DNA of 64,000 nucleotides from assembly GCA_951406725.2 (NCBI GenBank), contig OX597823.1, forward strand, positions 114,762,001 through 114,826,000, given 5' to 3'. The stretch's first letter is position 1; each line of letters opens with the position of its first letter. Shown piece by piece: positions 1 through 13,152 of the stretch. Under the pieces are notes generated by a model. That model made no database searches. It was not told the DNA's origin and saw only the letters and a program-made list of their open reading frames with translations. Made by a program: the position numbers and the translations under genes. The stretch is from Octopus vulgaris (taxonomy: Eukaryota).

Positions 1-255
1 TATTCGTGTGGCATCGTCCGTTTTTCTGTCCCTGTTTCGTATACATTCGATCCTTCTTCCAAGAAATCTAATGCTCGTAGCTTGGTTTTTCCTTGGGGCT
101 GGCCGGATCGGAGCGATCTCAAGATTAATCAGCCGAAATTGCGAGGATGATCCGGTTCTTGACTGAAGATTGAAGGCTTCGAATGTCCAGTCCGTGTTTT
201 TTGTATCGTCTTCTAAATGTTTTACGTTCTTGTCCCAGTTTGTATTTTTCTACAT
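1..255 (+). repeat. Unclassified dispersed repeat ending in (AAT)n/(TA)n; similar architecture to 43512-44120
   Basis: Shares the spaced motifs GAAA...GACTGAAGA...CGAA and a pyrimidine-rich tail with the minus strand of 43512-43800; abuts a microsatellite. The family is not assigned. Confidence 0.35.
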
Positions 256-273
256 ATAATAATAATAATAATA

Positions 274-309
<36 letters not shown>

Positions 310-1502
310 GGATCAAAACAGTTTGATTCAAATTCGCTGGTACTTTTGAGTTTCAAGTAAGATGCTAGTCATCAACCAGTTTGAATTTGAATAACAGAAG
401 ATGATCGTTATTATTGTAAGTTGGGCCGCGATTGGTCGAGGAAGGTCACGCAGTGTCGCGGTCTCATGCTGGGAAATACCGCATTGTCGACAGAGAGCCA
501 CCATATTCAAATGGCGTCCACAGCTGCCAGTTCTGCTTCCGCGAAAAACTGCATAGCCTCCAACAACCCGCAGTATACATCACAAAGAAATGCGATTTAT
601 CATATCGCTGTCTACAGAGGTATGCCCTTCTAGCAAATTTCTGGCCTCTGACTATCCGGATATGCCGACAAACCAGATATGCATCCATAGCATCAGCTGC
701 TACTCTGCACTGCTTGCACCAAGGTCACGGCTGCCAACCAACTCCATGAGCAGGACCGCTAATTACCGATCCCCAACGTTTACCAAACCCCACCGCATAC
801 CAAATCCCCAACACTTACCAATCCCTAACGCTTACCAATCCCCAACGTTTGTTTTGCGCGTGTATACTTACACACGCGCACGCGTGCATTCGCGCGTACT
901 CGTATGCGCACACAATGGCATGCATACGTGCATGCAAGCGAATATACATATGTACATAATGAATAGGCATGTGTGTGCATGCGTGAATGTGTTCGCATGC
1001 GTGAATGTGTTCGCATGCGTATGCGCGTGTATGTGTATGCGTGTGCACGCGTGTGTGTTCGTCCAAGCATACGTGTGTGTGTGTTTGTGTCTGCAGACAT
1101 GCGCGTGCGTGCTCATGTGCAGATGAGCACGCCTGCATCAATACAGACATGCATGCAAAACCATATGACAGCGTCTGCATACCCAAATATAGGACTACAT
1201 ACTTGCACATGCTGTCCCTTCTTACTCACTTCCAACAACCTGACCGATTTCCTAATCGCCACGTAGTCTATGACCTGTCCTCCACGTGGTCAATTTCCTG
1301 TTCTCCATGTGGTATTTTTCAACTAGCAGCTACCCATATGCCAACATCAAACCACGACACCACTAACCTTCCTCGACCAATCGCAGCCCAACTTACTGTA
1401 ATAACAATCAACTTCTGTCATTCAAATTCAAAATGGCTGACGACTAGCATCATTCTTGAAACTCAAGAGTACCAACGAATTTGAATCAAACTGTTTTGAT
1501 CC
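310..1502. mobile_element. Non-autonomous DNA element with long (about 137-bp) terminal inverted repeats
   Basis: 310-446 (GGATCAAAACAGTTTGATTCAAATTCG...GAGGAAGGT) is an imperfect reverse complement of 1366-1502 (ACCTTCCTCGACC...CGAATTTGAATCAAACTGTTTTGATCC). No transposase inside and no clear TSD. Confidence 0.7.
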
Positions 1503-1551
1503 ATACATATAACTGCAAATAAATTTGATGAGTACGTTTGTCCACTCACTC

Positions 1552-1583
<32 letters not shown>

Positions 1584-1727
1584 CACCGATGGGTTGATCT
1601 TCACTACAGCTGTTACAGGCGTGTTTTTTATTGATGGACAAATCAATTATATCAGGTAAAAAAATCGACCCCTCTTTAGTGCCTTTGTTATTAGAATACC
1701 TGGATTTTCTTAGATCCTGAAAATTTC

Positions 1728-1772
<45 letters not shown>

Positions 1773-1773
1773 C

Positions 1774-1804
<31 letters not shown>

Positions 1805-1848
1805 TGCGTGAGTGTGCATGTGCCTGCATACAGAGACGAGGATTTATG

Positions 1849-1896
<48 letters not shown>

Positions 1897-2396
1897 TAAA
1901 TATATATATAATAATAAGCAATTATCAATATTAGAAAGAATAGCCAAAACTTTTTGACTGCTATTTCTAAATTCGGTGTGTGGTGAGGCAAATCGTTGCT
2001 AAACCCTTAATTACTTATATATATATATATATGTATGTATGTATATGCATCTATGTGTGTACATAGATTCTCATGTCGCTTTATATATATATCTACACAC
2101 ACACACACACGCACGCACACACACACACATACACACAAACCCATACAGAGGTATGTATTTGTGTATTCTTGATTCTATGCGCGTGCGGCAGGGTAGAATT
2201 TGTCTTGTATTCCTTGGTTACACAGACATCCGCATCCACACATGTGTAAACATACACATCGCCTTGTATAAATATTTGGAGAGAAAACGGAGAGTCTATT
2301 TAATTTCTAGATAGAGTAACAGAAGAGGAATACACGTTGATAGCGCGATGTGTGTGCGCGTGCGCGTGCGCGTGAGTGTGTGTGAGCGCGCGATGA

Positions 2397-2430
<34 letters not shown>

Positions 2431-2526
2431 CAGTGCATATGCGTGTTTGAGTGTATGTGTGTATATGTGTGTGTATATAAATACCTATATCTATATATAT
2501 ATAAGCAATAATAAATCTCTGAACGA

Positions 2527-2566
<40 letters not shown>

Positions 2567-2569
<3 letters not shown>

Positions 2570-2806
2570 AGGCGCAATGGCCCAGTGGTTAGGGCAGCGG
2601 ACTTGCGGTCGGAGGATCGCGGTTTCGATTCCCAGACCGGGCGTTGTGTGTGTTTATTGAGCGGAAACACCTAAAAGCTCCACGAGGCTCCGGCAGGGGA
2701 TGGTGGTGATCCCTGCTGTACTCTTTCACCACTCTAAAGGCGGTGCTCCAGCATGGCCGCAGTCAAATGACTGAAACAAGTACAAAAAAAAAAAAAAAAA
2801 AAAAAA
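2567..2806 (+). mobile_element. Chimeric tRNA-derived SINE: family B head and body joined to family C tail, then poly(A)
   Basis: 2567-2733 matches the 5' part of 28825-29130, with A-box TGGCCCAGTGG and B-box GGTTTCGATTCCC. 2735-2782 matches the tail of 33177-33584. A-run at about 2783-2806. Confidence 0.75.
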
Positions 2807-2822
2807 ATATACATGTACATAT

Positions 2823-2860
<38 letters not shown>

Positions 2861-3452
2861 TGATAGATGGATGGATAGATAGACAGACAGACAGACAGAT
2901 AGATAGATACATACATAGATGGATGCATGAATGAATAGATGGCTGGATAGATAGACAGACAGGCACACCTCTGGCTCTCGAAACTATCTGACTCTCTGTC
3001 GCCCTTGCTCCTTGCCTATTCATCTGCCTATATGCCCACCCACCTATCCAGCGAGTCACCCATAACCACGTTCGCATTCATATACATCCAGCCATCCACC
3101 CAGCCACAAATCCCTCAGAAATATACCCATATTTCTTCCCGTCTTCTCACCTACATCTCTATCAACATATCTATCTGATTACCATCTCCGTTGATTCCAA
3201 TTCGTCTCTCAGTATTTACAGGTATACCATTATTAGGCTGTTCTACCTCCGGTGATTGGAGTTGTGTTTCTGTGTGTGTGTGTGTGTGTGTGTATGTGTG
3301 TGAAAGAGAGAGAGAAAGGGAAAAATAAAGAAAGAAAGGAAGGAAGGAAGAAAGAAAGAAAGAAAGAAAGAAGGAAAGAAGGAAAGAAAGAAGGAAAGAA
3401 GGAAAGAAACTTTTAGTGGGATGTCTATAGGACTTATTATATATTTAACTTT

Positions 3453-3685
3453 AAGGCGGCGAGCTGGCAGAAACGTTAGCACGCCGGGCGAAATGTGTAG
3501 CCGTATTTCGTCTGCCGTTACGTTCTGGGTTCAAATTCCGCCGAGGCCGACTTTGCCTTTCATCCTTTCGGGGTCGATAGATAAAGTACCTGTTACGCAC
3601 TGAGGTCGATCTAATCGACTTAATCCCTTTGTCTGTCCTTGTTTGTTCCCTCTATGTTTAGCCCCTTGTGGGCAGTAAAGAAATA
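3453..3685 (+). mobile_element. tRNA-derived SINE, family A (full length)
   Basis: AGGCGGCGAGCTGGCAGAAACGTTAG...GGTTCAAATTCC...CCTTTCATCCTTTCGGGGTCGATA...GCCCCTTGTGGGCAGTAAAGAAATA; the same sequence recurs many times in the window. Confidence 0.85.
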
Positions 3686-3819
3686 ATATAATTAACTTTA
3701 CTGAGAGGTATACTTAATATTTACCAACAATTAGTGCTTTTGTTAATATAGTCCTCAACTATCACTAGTATCTCATCCTATTTGGAGGGTCTAGTCAACT
3801 GGGCTGATTATACTCAAAA

Positions 3820-3975
3820 TTGCATTCCCGTATGGTGGAATGTATGCTTCACAACCATATGGGTTTGGGTTTAGTGCCACAGCGTGACGCCTTAGACAAG
3901 TGTCTTCATTTCCCCGGGCCAACAAAAGCCTTGTGATTGGATAAGGTAGACGGAATTTGAAACAAAACCCATCAT
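3820..3975 (+). mobile_element. Degenerate family C (CORE-type) SINE 5' half
   Basis: CCTTAGACAAGTGTCTT and AAAGCCTTGTGATTGGATAAGGTAGACGGAA match 33177-33340. Confidence 0.55.
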
Positions 3976-5127
3976 TAATACATACATAAATATACATACA
4001 CATATATATGTATATGTCATTGCGTTACTTAGCCCGTCGGTAACACTTTTACGTGATTAGAGAAAAAGAGGCAGAAAGAAAAGAGGAAGAAAGAAAAAGA
4101 GTGACAGAGAAAATGAAGGAGAAAAATGTATGATGTGAGATTGAGGGAATGTAATTGTAACGCTTTCACGTGGCTAACTGAAGGGAAAGAAAGTAAAAAT
4201 AAAAAGGCGAGAGAAAAGGAAGATAAGGTGAAGAGCGAAGCCGAAAGAGGAAGAAAGAAAAGGAGGGAGAGAGAAGCGTCCATGACGTGAGGTGGAAGGA
4301 CTTAATATTTATTACGTGGTTAAAAAAGTTAGTTGAAGGTAGAAAAGGAGAGTTCAAAATATAATTTTAGCAGAGGGGTGATGTTCTGATAGTAAGGTTA
4401 AAGAAACGCAGAGAAGAAAGGGAGGGAGAGAGAGAGGAGGAAGAAGAAGAAGAGAAAGAGGAGGAAGAGAGCGAGGATGGAGAGGGGTGAGAGTTGAGGA
4501 TAATGGCGGTGGTGCTGGTGCTGATGTACGTGGTGGGGATGATGGTGGTAATTAGATAGTGAAACATACTTATTTTTCCATTGAACTAATTTTTTATATA
4601 TCACCTATCACTTAACGCATGCGCATAAGTGCAATTCCATGAAATATTCACGCTTATTTATGTGGCAGATATATGCAATTTAACTGAAGATTGTATCATA
4701 TGTACAAGATATTTTTTGTTTGCTATTTTTGTTTATGGGAAAAATAGGAAAATAAGAGTGAATATTTATTGTATGAACGCTGTGTATTAAGTCTATAAAA
4801 TTGTGCATAAAGTATATAAAGTGTATATATAACGAGCATTAAGTAATCATCGGATTCCAATTTCTTTTACTTTTCAATTAGTAGAAGATGAGCGACTTTC
4901 TTTCGATGCAGACACGACACAGGCTACACTTTCAGGTGTTTGTTTTTTGTTCTAGTAACCTAGCAGTTCGATAAAAGAGATGGATAGAATAAGTGCCAGG
5001 CTTCAAAAAATAAGTACTGAAGTCAATTCCTTCGTGTACACTTCAAGACGGTACCCCGGCATGGTTAGTCATAGAGTAATGCCTAGCATTTACCACTATT
5101 AATTATTGTTCCCATTTATAGACATTG

Positions 5128-5270
5128 CGTTCAAATTCCGCCGAGGTCGACTTGTCTTTTTTCTTTCGGGGTCGATAAAATAAGTACCAATTGAACATTG
5201 GGTTTGAAGTTAACGACTCATCTCTTATCCCAAAATTGTTGCCCTTGTGGCAAAATTTCAAACCATTAAT
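5128..5270 (+). mobile_element. 5'-truncated family A SINE variant
   Basis: TCAAATTCCGCCGAGGTCGAC...TTCGGGGTCGATAAAATAAGTACC with an alternative tail. Confidence 0.65.
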
Positions 5271-6398
5271 AGCCATTAATCCTCGTTAAGGTTTTGTGTG
5301 TGCTTTTCACGTAACGTTTCGATGGATGATCCGGTGAGACACGAACTTGGAACCTCCATTTTCAAGCGAAGATTAATTCATGTCTCATACACAATTATTT
5401 CTAGAAAGAAAAAGAAAATGCAATTAATCTTTTCACCTACAGAGCAACTCGTACATAAAATTATTAGTAAATTATTTGTGTATTTTATGAGACTGTAGTA
5501 AGTTCTGAAGTATTGCTTGTGTAACTACGCATTCGTGAGCTAGATACATGTATGCCACGGTGTGTGTGTGTGTCTGTGTGTCCAAGGAAATAACAGTATA
5601 CAACATGGAGCTGACTTTCTAATTAAAGTTTTCTGGACAATTAACCACGTCGTTAGTGTTTTATTTACACATTTCAATTGATTTACTCTTCAATAGTTGT
5701 TGGTGTCTCATTTCAGTACATTATTAAACGATACATTTAGAAACTAGACGTGTTATTTCTAAATAAAGGATATTAGTATTCTTATCTACTAAACCACAAG
5801 TGCATATAAAATTGTCAGGGCATTTTTAGGATATTTAAGTTTACTTTTTCGTTAACGGCAGCCATATTTAGATAGCTGAAATCAACACTTAGTTTCATTG
5901 ACAGCATTATCACTAAATTCTAGATGTCACCAACAAATTCTATACGTACTGTTTTATTATTATTTTGTTATTGTTGTTGTTATTATTATTATTATTATTA
6001 TTAATATTATTATTATTATTATTATTATTATTATCATCATCATTATTATTATTTTTCCTTCTTTAAGTTTTCTTCCGTTTCTCGCCGAGTATTTTCCGTA
6101 CACCTTGGGCAGAGAAGCTCATTGTATGCATTTCCAGATTACACACGCAAATTCACAGGTAAGATATGTATTTAAAAAATTAATGAATAAAGTCATGAAT
6201 GAATGTTTTCACAGTGATAATGCTCTTCTCAGTACATGAGCCGTTCCATTTAACACGAATTTTTGCATTTCCTGTAGGGATGATAAGCCTGGTATCATTT
6301 TCAAATAGGCTTCAGAACCATTTTTTATCATTCCTAGAGATCCTACATTCACTGGTACTGTAGTCGCCTTGAGATGCCACATTTTTTCAATTTCTTTA

Positions 6399-6605
<207 letters not shown>

Positions 6606-7519
6606 ATATTATATTTCGTGTTTATATCACATCTTGCTATTATTTTTGAAATAATCCAAGCAACACAGGGTTGGAAACCTGAGATCGGTATTTGTAAAAC
6701 ATGAACAAATTATAAAATTTTTTTTTTTTTTTAATATGGTATTAGAAGAATTTCTGACAGGAGTTATGATGAGGATGGTAAGAATGTGAGCCCTAAATCT
6801 TGTACGAGATTAAAGTAAAGAGTTCCAGGAAATTCTATTTGAATCTCTCTGAAATGATTGAGTCTAGATAGAAGAATTGTCGTTAAAGTTTCTAATAAAA
6901 GAGAAAATACCGAGGCCAGGAATGGCAGAACAATTATGGTACCAGGAAAGAAATCTTATACCGTTATGGAATGGAATTTTCATCATAGTACGGAAGAATA
7001 AGTCCGGAAATCCTTAATTGCCTGTGAGGCTAGTTATTAACTCCATTTTTCTGTAAGAGCACGTTTGAAACTAATTACCCCACTCGATAAAAGAAAGCTA
7101 ATAAAAATTGCAATCAAACTTTAACATTCTCAGAGTTTCTTGGGTCTATTCTCCAGTTTTAGTTGAAGGGTGGCGTGTAAATGCTTGGATTTGCCCTTGG
7201 ACACTAAGTAAATCCTATACTGGGGAAATAAACTCATAAACGGTAATAGAAAATTTGGAAAAGAGAATCGAAACGACTCATTTGATTGCAATGGAGTTAA
7301 TCGAAGTACAATAGCATCTGAGCTATTTATTGATATTCATTCGTATTAAGGCAAAATGATAGAAACTAATGAATGACTAAGTAAAAAATGCCAAGTATTT
7401 GTCTTCCTCTCGTCTACCCTACCTTTTAGAAAGAGGTTGACAAAATAAACACAAGTCAAGTATAAGAATCACCCGCGCCACTACCACCACCATCAAGATC
7501 TGTGACCTTCGACCTAAAC

Positions 7520-8180
7520 TATCAATATACTCGTGAAGGACTCTGCATCTCAGAAAGTTGCGAAAGTGGCAATAGCAGCTGGTATCTCTCTCAGAGTAGA
7601 CCTGTAAGTCGGAGAGGACGAATTGGAGAGGGCACTTCCTCTTGGTGTTCAGGGAAATCTCGGACAGTGGATTTCTTCGATAATCTACAGAGTTCCTCCC
7701 GTATCAGGAGGCCTACATTTCTATCAACCGCCACCCCCACCTTTTTTGTATAATATGTATACGTCACTTCCTTTTCAGTGTATACTTTTTTTGATGCGCC
7801 CTATTCAAGCCTAGCCAGGCTCATGGGCCCCGTTTCCCGGTTTCTGTGGTGTATGTGTTCCTCCCCAGCTGGACAGGACGCCAGTCCATCACAGCGTTAC
7901 TCAAGAAACAGGAAGAATGAGTGAGAGAAAGTGGGGGCGAAAGAGTACAACAGGGGTCGCCACCACCCCCTGCCGGAGCCTCGTGGAGCTTTAGGTGTAT
8001 TCGCTCAATAAACTCACACAATACCCGGTCTGGGAATCGAAGCCACGATCCTCCGACCGCGAATCCACTGCCCTAACCACTGGGCCATTGCGCCTCCACC
8101 AGTGTATACTTAGTGGTTCTTTTTTTTTCTTTTTATCATTTCATTATATCTAAACCCCCACACTTTAATGTCTGTCAACC
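7520..8180 (+). mobile_element. 3' fragment of a Tx1/L1-like LINE, interrupted by a SINE
   Basis: 7560-7740 aligns with 10945-11140; 3' UTR similarity resumes after the SINE at 8112-8178. Confidence 0.6.
7788..8099 (-). mobile_element. Family B SINE, full length, with 12-bp TSD
   Basis: Reverse complement of 28825-29130; CAGTGTATACTT at 7776-7787 and 8100-8111. Confidence 0.9.
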
Positions 8181-8354
8181 AGTAAAACATACATTTTTCA
8201 GTTTGAAAACGGCTACGGGAAGCATCAAACTCATATCAGAGTAACTCACTGCAGACAATATTATTAAGATTAAAATAAAAATCATCCCCTCAAAAACTCA
8301 TTCTTTCAAATATATATAATACTGTAACAAGAACTTTCTCTGTATTATTCTACG

Positions 8355-8397
<43 letters not shown>

Positions 8398-8465
8398 CAT
8401 ACGTATGTACGTGTGTGCATGGATGTATGAATCTCTCTCTCCTTCTCTCTCTATATATATATTAA

Positions 8466-8502
<37 letters not shown>

Positions 8503-9691
8503 GTATGTATGTGTGTGTATGGATGTATGTATCTATCTATCTATCTATCTATCTATATATATATATATATATGCACACATATGTGTGTGTGTGTGTGCAT
8601 GGATGTATGTATATTGCCGAGAGATACACGATATTCCGTGATTACGTGGAAAGTACAGTCTGTATATCACGTGACCAACACATAACAGACGAAAATACAA
8701 TGTTATGATTTTCATGTCTACTTCTTACGTTTTTATGACATGTCATAGTTGTAATGACATTTTGATGTTTGTTACAGTATGTATCGATTCGTAACATAGG
8801 TAATGAAAATAAAAATTTAAGGGAAAAGACCAGTCGAATATTTCACCGTTAAGTATTTCAATATTTTCTGTATTTTATCAACATAGGAAAGATAAGAAGC
8901 CAACTTGACGTAGAGCGTATTTGATCCCAGAACGTAAATTTCGATTTTACCCACAACCCGTTCTAATGTAAGTTTTTGTATGAAATTTATTTAACAGACA
9001 TCTTTGAAAAGAGAGTGGAAATACTGTTGGCACACTTTTGACACGGATGTCTATTGACCCTTGAAATATTTGTGCCTTGCGTGCACGCGTGTGTGCGTGT
9101 GAAATAAATGATTTTAAAGCCATTATCTCGTTGTTTCCCTCAGCGCCCTTCTTCCTGAGATATCTGAAGCTACTGGAAGGACAGCCTAAACAGAGAACAG
9201 CAATTAGCTCGTTAACTATATTTATATAAGTTTATTTATATCAGCACGAACTGTGTGAATTCTGATCTCTTTCAGTCCTCTCCATGAAATCGCAGCCTTT
9301 AAACTTAGGTTGTTTCTCATAGCATTATTCCATATAATTCCACATTATATTAAAGACAATAACGACGTTTGCTGTGTGGAATGCTTATTACGCATAAGTG
9401 TTTAGATACGAGAAATTTCATCTTCTGCATAATTTGGCGTTAATTAGCATCGTTCTATTGATGGCTTAGGTCCATTATAAGTGCATTAATTGGTCAGAGA
9501 GAATGCATGGTAAAGTAGACTGAACGGAACCAGCGTCCACCCCTGAGATGAAGGAATGGAAATCCTGTTCTCGTTGCTATTTCAAATCAGAAAACAGAAG
9601 TGCGAAATTTAATACTGAAAATCGATTGCTCCGCCAATTTACGGTTTGGGGCGATCAATCAATTTTAATAATAATAATGATAATACTAAAA

Positions 9692-9754
<63 letters not shown>

Positions 9755-9878
9755 GAGTGAGAGAGCAGTGCATGCCATCTAAGTGACACTGGGGTAAAAT
9801 ATACGAAACCCAGTATACCCATCATGAGTACCAATCTATTATTATTATTTATTATTGTTGTTGTTGTTGTTGTTGTTG

Positions 9879-9970
<92 letters not shown>

Positions 9971-10699
9971 TGTAGTAGTAGTAGTATTCTCTTTCAATTC
10001 TGTTTCCATTTCTTACTGAGTGTCGTCCTGACACCTAGGGCAGAGGAACTCACTTTATACATTGGTAGGCCATTAAAAGAAAAACACACCTGATTGCTCA
10101 TTTACAAAATCATGTGATCAAGAAAAGGGTGAAGAAAGACGGAGAGAAAAAACGAATAAGAAGAAATAAAAAGTAAACTAAAAATAAAGAGGGTCAAAAA
10201 GAAAGAAAATTCTCGGCGACGATGCTCTCCTCGGTACGTGTGATGTATCAGTTAAGACAATCTTTTCCACTTCTGCATGGACGGTAAACCAGGGATCATT
10301 CAAACCAGGGATCATTCTCAATTTTCAGTCCCTTTTTTTATCACTTCTTGTACACTTACAATCATTCGTTTCATAACCGTCTTGAGATGTCACATCTTTT
10401 CGATTTCGATTAACAAATCTTTATATTTCCTGAACTTAAGAAATTCTTTTACCGAGATATTATGGTCTCAGAGTATTCTCATATCAATCAATAAATAGAC
10501 TTTATTGTTTTGGTCTTTCATAACAATATCTGGTATTTATGCTTTGAGCGTCAGGATAGCCCTTGTAACCATTTGTTAGTAGTACTGATTTTATAATGTC
10601 GACACGTTATCCACTCTGTCATGTTTTGATTTATACACTACAGGTGCTAAAACCTTACACCCAGAGATTAGGTAGTGCACTGCTTTGCTAGAACCTTAC

Positions 10700-11159
10700 A
10701 CCCAGTCACTCGAGTCTGTAGTGATGATCGCACCGCCTCCCTCCTTCAATCGGGCAGGAAATGCAGTTTTCCTTTACCTGGTGGCTGTGACGAAAGAGGT
10801 TGTTTAGTGGACAAGGCTGAAAAGCATGAGGACAGATACATTCCTGCTTGGTAGAGCTCTCATTGATTTTTTTCAAGTTTCACTTGAAAATGAAATTGAG
10901 AGTGGAGAGGGAAATGCTGTCCCTGAGTGAGTTTATTGAAAGGTGGGTTAAAGTTGCGAAAATGACAAGAGTGAATGGTACCTCTCTAAGTGTAGACCTG
11001 TGAGTCGGAGAAAAGGAATTGGAGAGGGGACTTGCTCTTGGGGTTTCAGGGAAATCTCGGACAGTGGGATTCTTTGATTATCACTAGAAGACTTCCTGTA
11101 TCAGGAGGACCACGTCTCTATCATCCTCCCCACCACTTCATTTTTTCTTAACCATTGCA

Positions 11160-11229
<70 letters not shown>

Positions 11230-11368
11230 CTTCGTTTAGAGTGTAATCCGTGTATACGTACTTTCTTTACTTTTTCTTCATTTCATTATATGTAAACCCA
11301 TCCGCTTTACGTCTTTCCTTGTATTGTCCGCCTTATCCTTCACCCTTGTGGCAAATAAATGAAATCAT
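10700..11368 (+). mobile_element. 5'-truncated Tx1/L1-like non-LTR retrotransposon 3' end (ORF2 C-terminus and 3' UTR)
   Basis: 10712-11003 translates, with a stop and a frameshift, to ...VFLYLVAVTKEVV*WTRLKSMRTDTFLLGRALIDFF/KFHLKMKLRVEREMLSLSEFIERWVKVAKM..., resembling by eye the C-terminus of Tx1-clade ORF2. A second copy lies at 7520-8180. Confidence 0.6.
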
Positions 11369-11400
11369 TGTTGCTGTTGCTGTTAAATATATACAGTCCT

Positions 11401-11700
11401 CTTAAGTACGAAATAGCCCGGCTATGGAAAATGAAGAAGGTGAAGATAATGCCAATCATTGTTGGGTTCTTGGGAAGAGTAGCAGACGGTATTAAAAAGG
11501 AATATAAAGGAAATTGAAATAGAGTACCCAGTGGAACTGTTACAAAAGGTTTGCCTCCTTCGAACGGACAGAATAATTAGGTGAGTACTAGATGGTTGAA
11601 AAGAATGGATAGCATGGTGCCGTAGGAGTTCCAACAAAATCTGAGTTAAAAAGAACTATCATAATCCTTTCTGCTATAGGTACAAAGCCTGAAATTTGGA
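11401..11700 (+). mobile_element. 3' end of an R4/Dong-like (RLE endonuclease) LINE, decayed
   Basis: LKYEIARLWKMKKVKIMPIIVGFLGRV...(frameshift)EIEIEYPVELLQKVCLLRTDRIIR*VLDG* is typical of the R4/Dong ORF C-terminus. Confidence 0.7.
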
Positions 11701-11785
11701 GGAGGAGGCTGAGGAGGAGGAGGAGGCTGAGGAGGAGGAGGCTGAGGAGGAGGAGGCTGAGGAGGAGGAGGAGGAGGATAGTCGA

Positions 11786-11905
11786 TTGCATCGACCCCAG
11801 TACTCAGCTGGTACCTATTTCATCGACCCCGAAAGGTTGCAAGGCCAAGTCGACCTCGACGGAATTTGAACTCAAAACTTTATGAAATGTCGCAGTACAT
11901 TTTAG
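11786..11905 (-). mobile_element. Partial family A SINE
   Basis: CATCGACCCCAGT...TCGACCCCGAAAGG...GTCGACCTCGACGGAATTTGAACTCA. Confidence 0.7.
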
Positions 11906-11951
11906 CCACCATGCTTACGATTCTGCTTACGAGAAGAAGAAGAAAAAGAAG

Positions 11952-11982
<31 letters not shown>

Positions 11983-11985
11983 TGC

Positions 11986-12035
<50 letters not shown>

Positions 12036-12471
12036 AGGTTTCGCTCTAGTATCGTGTTGTTGTTGCTATTGTTATTGCTGTCGTTGTTGCTGAATAGCCC
12101 TGGGCTAGTCATAGTCCAGTAGACCTACACAATATGTAAATAACTAACCAAGAAAACGTTCACTTGATACATGATCAGCTTTTATTTCTTTATTGTGCCT
12201 TCAGAATTTGGACGACAACCCCTACCAATCTCCCCACACCTACCAACACCATAATAAAACGTATTTTCAATTCAGTAATGTAGTTTATTTACGTAGATTT
12301 AGCGGGTGGGGAAGGGGAATTTTGCTGGATTTTGTTTTTTAATTGGTTGAATAATTATACAAAAGCTTCTTCGTATAAGTCCGTGATTTGAGATATACGA
12401 GTAGGTCCGCGATTGTGTCAGATCTCTTAGATTTGCTGTTGTAATTGTTGCTGTTGAACTTGTTCTTGTTT

Positions 12472-12768
12472 TCCTTCTCGAGCCATGCCAGGCTCATAAG
12501 GGTCGGTTTCCCAGTTTCCTTGGTGTATAGGTCCCCCCCACCTGGACGGGACGCCGGTCCGTCGCACGTGAGCTACAAGATGCAGGAGGAAAGAGTGAGA
12601 GAAAGTTGTGGCAAAAGAGTCAGCAGACGTTCGCCATTACCTTCTGCCGGAGCCACATGGAGCTTAGGTGGTTCGCTCATAAACACACACATCGGCCGGT
12701 CTGAGATTCGAACCCGCGATCCCTCGACCGTGAGTCTGCTGCTCTAACCACTAGGCCATGTGCCTCCA
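12472..12768 (-). mobile_element. Family B2 SINE with 12-bp TSD
   Basis: tRNA-like head on the minus strand (GGCCTAGTGG, GGTTCGAATC); TTGTTCTTGTTT at 12460-12471 and 12769-12780; homologous to 49574-49860. Confidence 0.85.
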
Positions 12769-12930
12769 TTGTTCTTGTTTTAATCATCGATGACCCTGAT
12801 CGACGACAGCCCTCATAAAGCAAACATTTGCATACGACATTCCACCCGTGTCCATCTAGTCTTTTTAAAGATGCGTATGACTACAGTATCTGATGTGACC
12901 TATGCCTTTGTTAAATCATTGATGGAGGAT

Positions 12931-13152
12931 TTAAACGTTTAGCATTCAGATTATCCTGTCAAATGCACTGCTTATCTATTCACATTGCCTTGAATTATTC
13001 AGGCAATGGTTTGTAGCTTCAAGACTTCGATAATGGGACTGCTTAGATTTAGACTAGGGTAAAGTATGAAAGGCTAGATCTGGCTGGTTAGAAAATATAA
13101 CAGGTAGAATACGTTGGCCGTAAATGGCTGGTTTAAATGCTAAAATGGTTAA
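12931..13152. mobile_element. Degenerate TTAA-flanked MITE (piggyBac-like)
   Basis: TTAAACGTTTAGCATT at the left end and AATGCTAAAATGGTTAA at the right end are imperfect inverted termini with TTAA outside. Confidence 0.4.

Noticed and set aside
141-195. GAAA...CUGAAGA...GAA as a hammerhead (also minus strand 43621-43680)
   Set aside because: The boxes are present, but I could not close helices I, II and III consistently in either copy or topology.
775-850. Short repeated units as a CRISPR-like array
   Set aside because: Adjacent degenerate minisatellite units without unique spacers, in a eukaryotic context with no cas genes.
2567-2640. tRNA-like heads of the SINEs (here and at 8030, 12700, 28825, 33177, 49800, 61850) as tRNA genes
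   Set aside because: They have A/B boxes but no complete cloverleaf, and continue into SINE bodies and tails, several with TSDs.
4684-4712. CUGAAGA-UUGUA...UACAA-GAUA hammerhead-like stem
   Set aside because: GAUA instead of GAAA, and no helix III or helix I partner; likely chance.
6730-7260. Possible decayed retroelement coding sequence on the minus strand
   Set aside because: Many stops and no diagnostic motif I could recognise.
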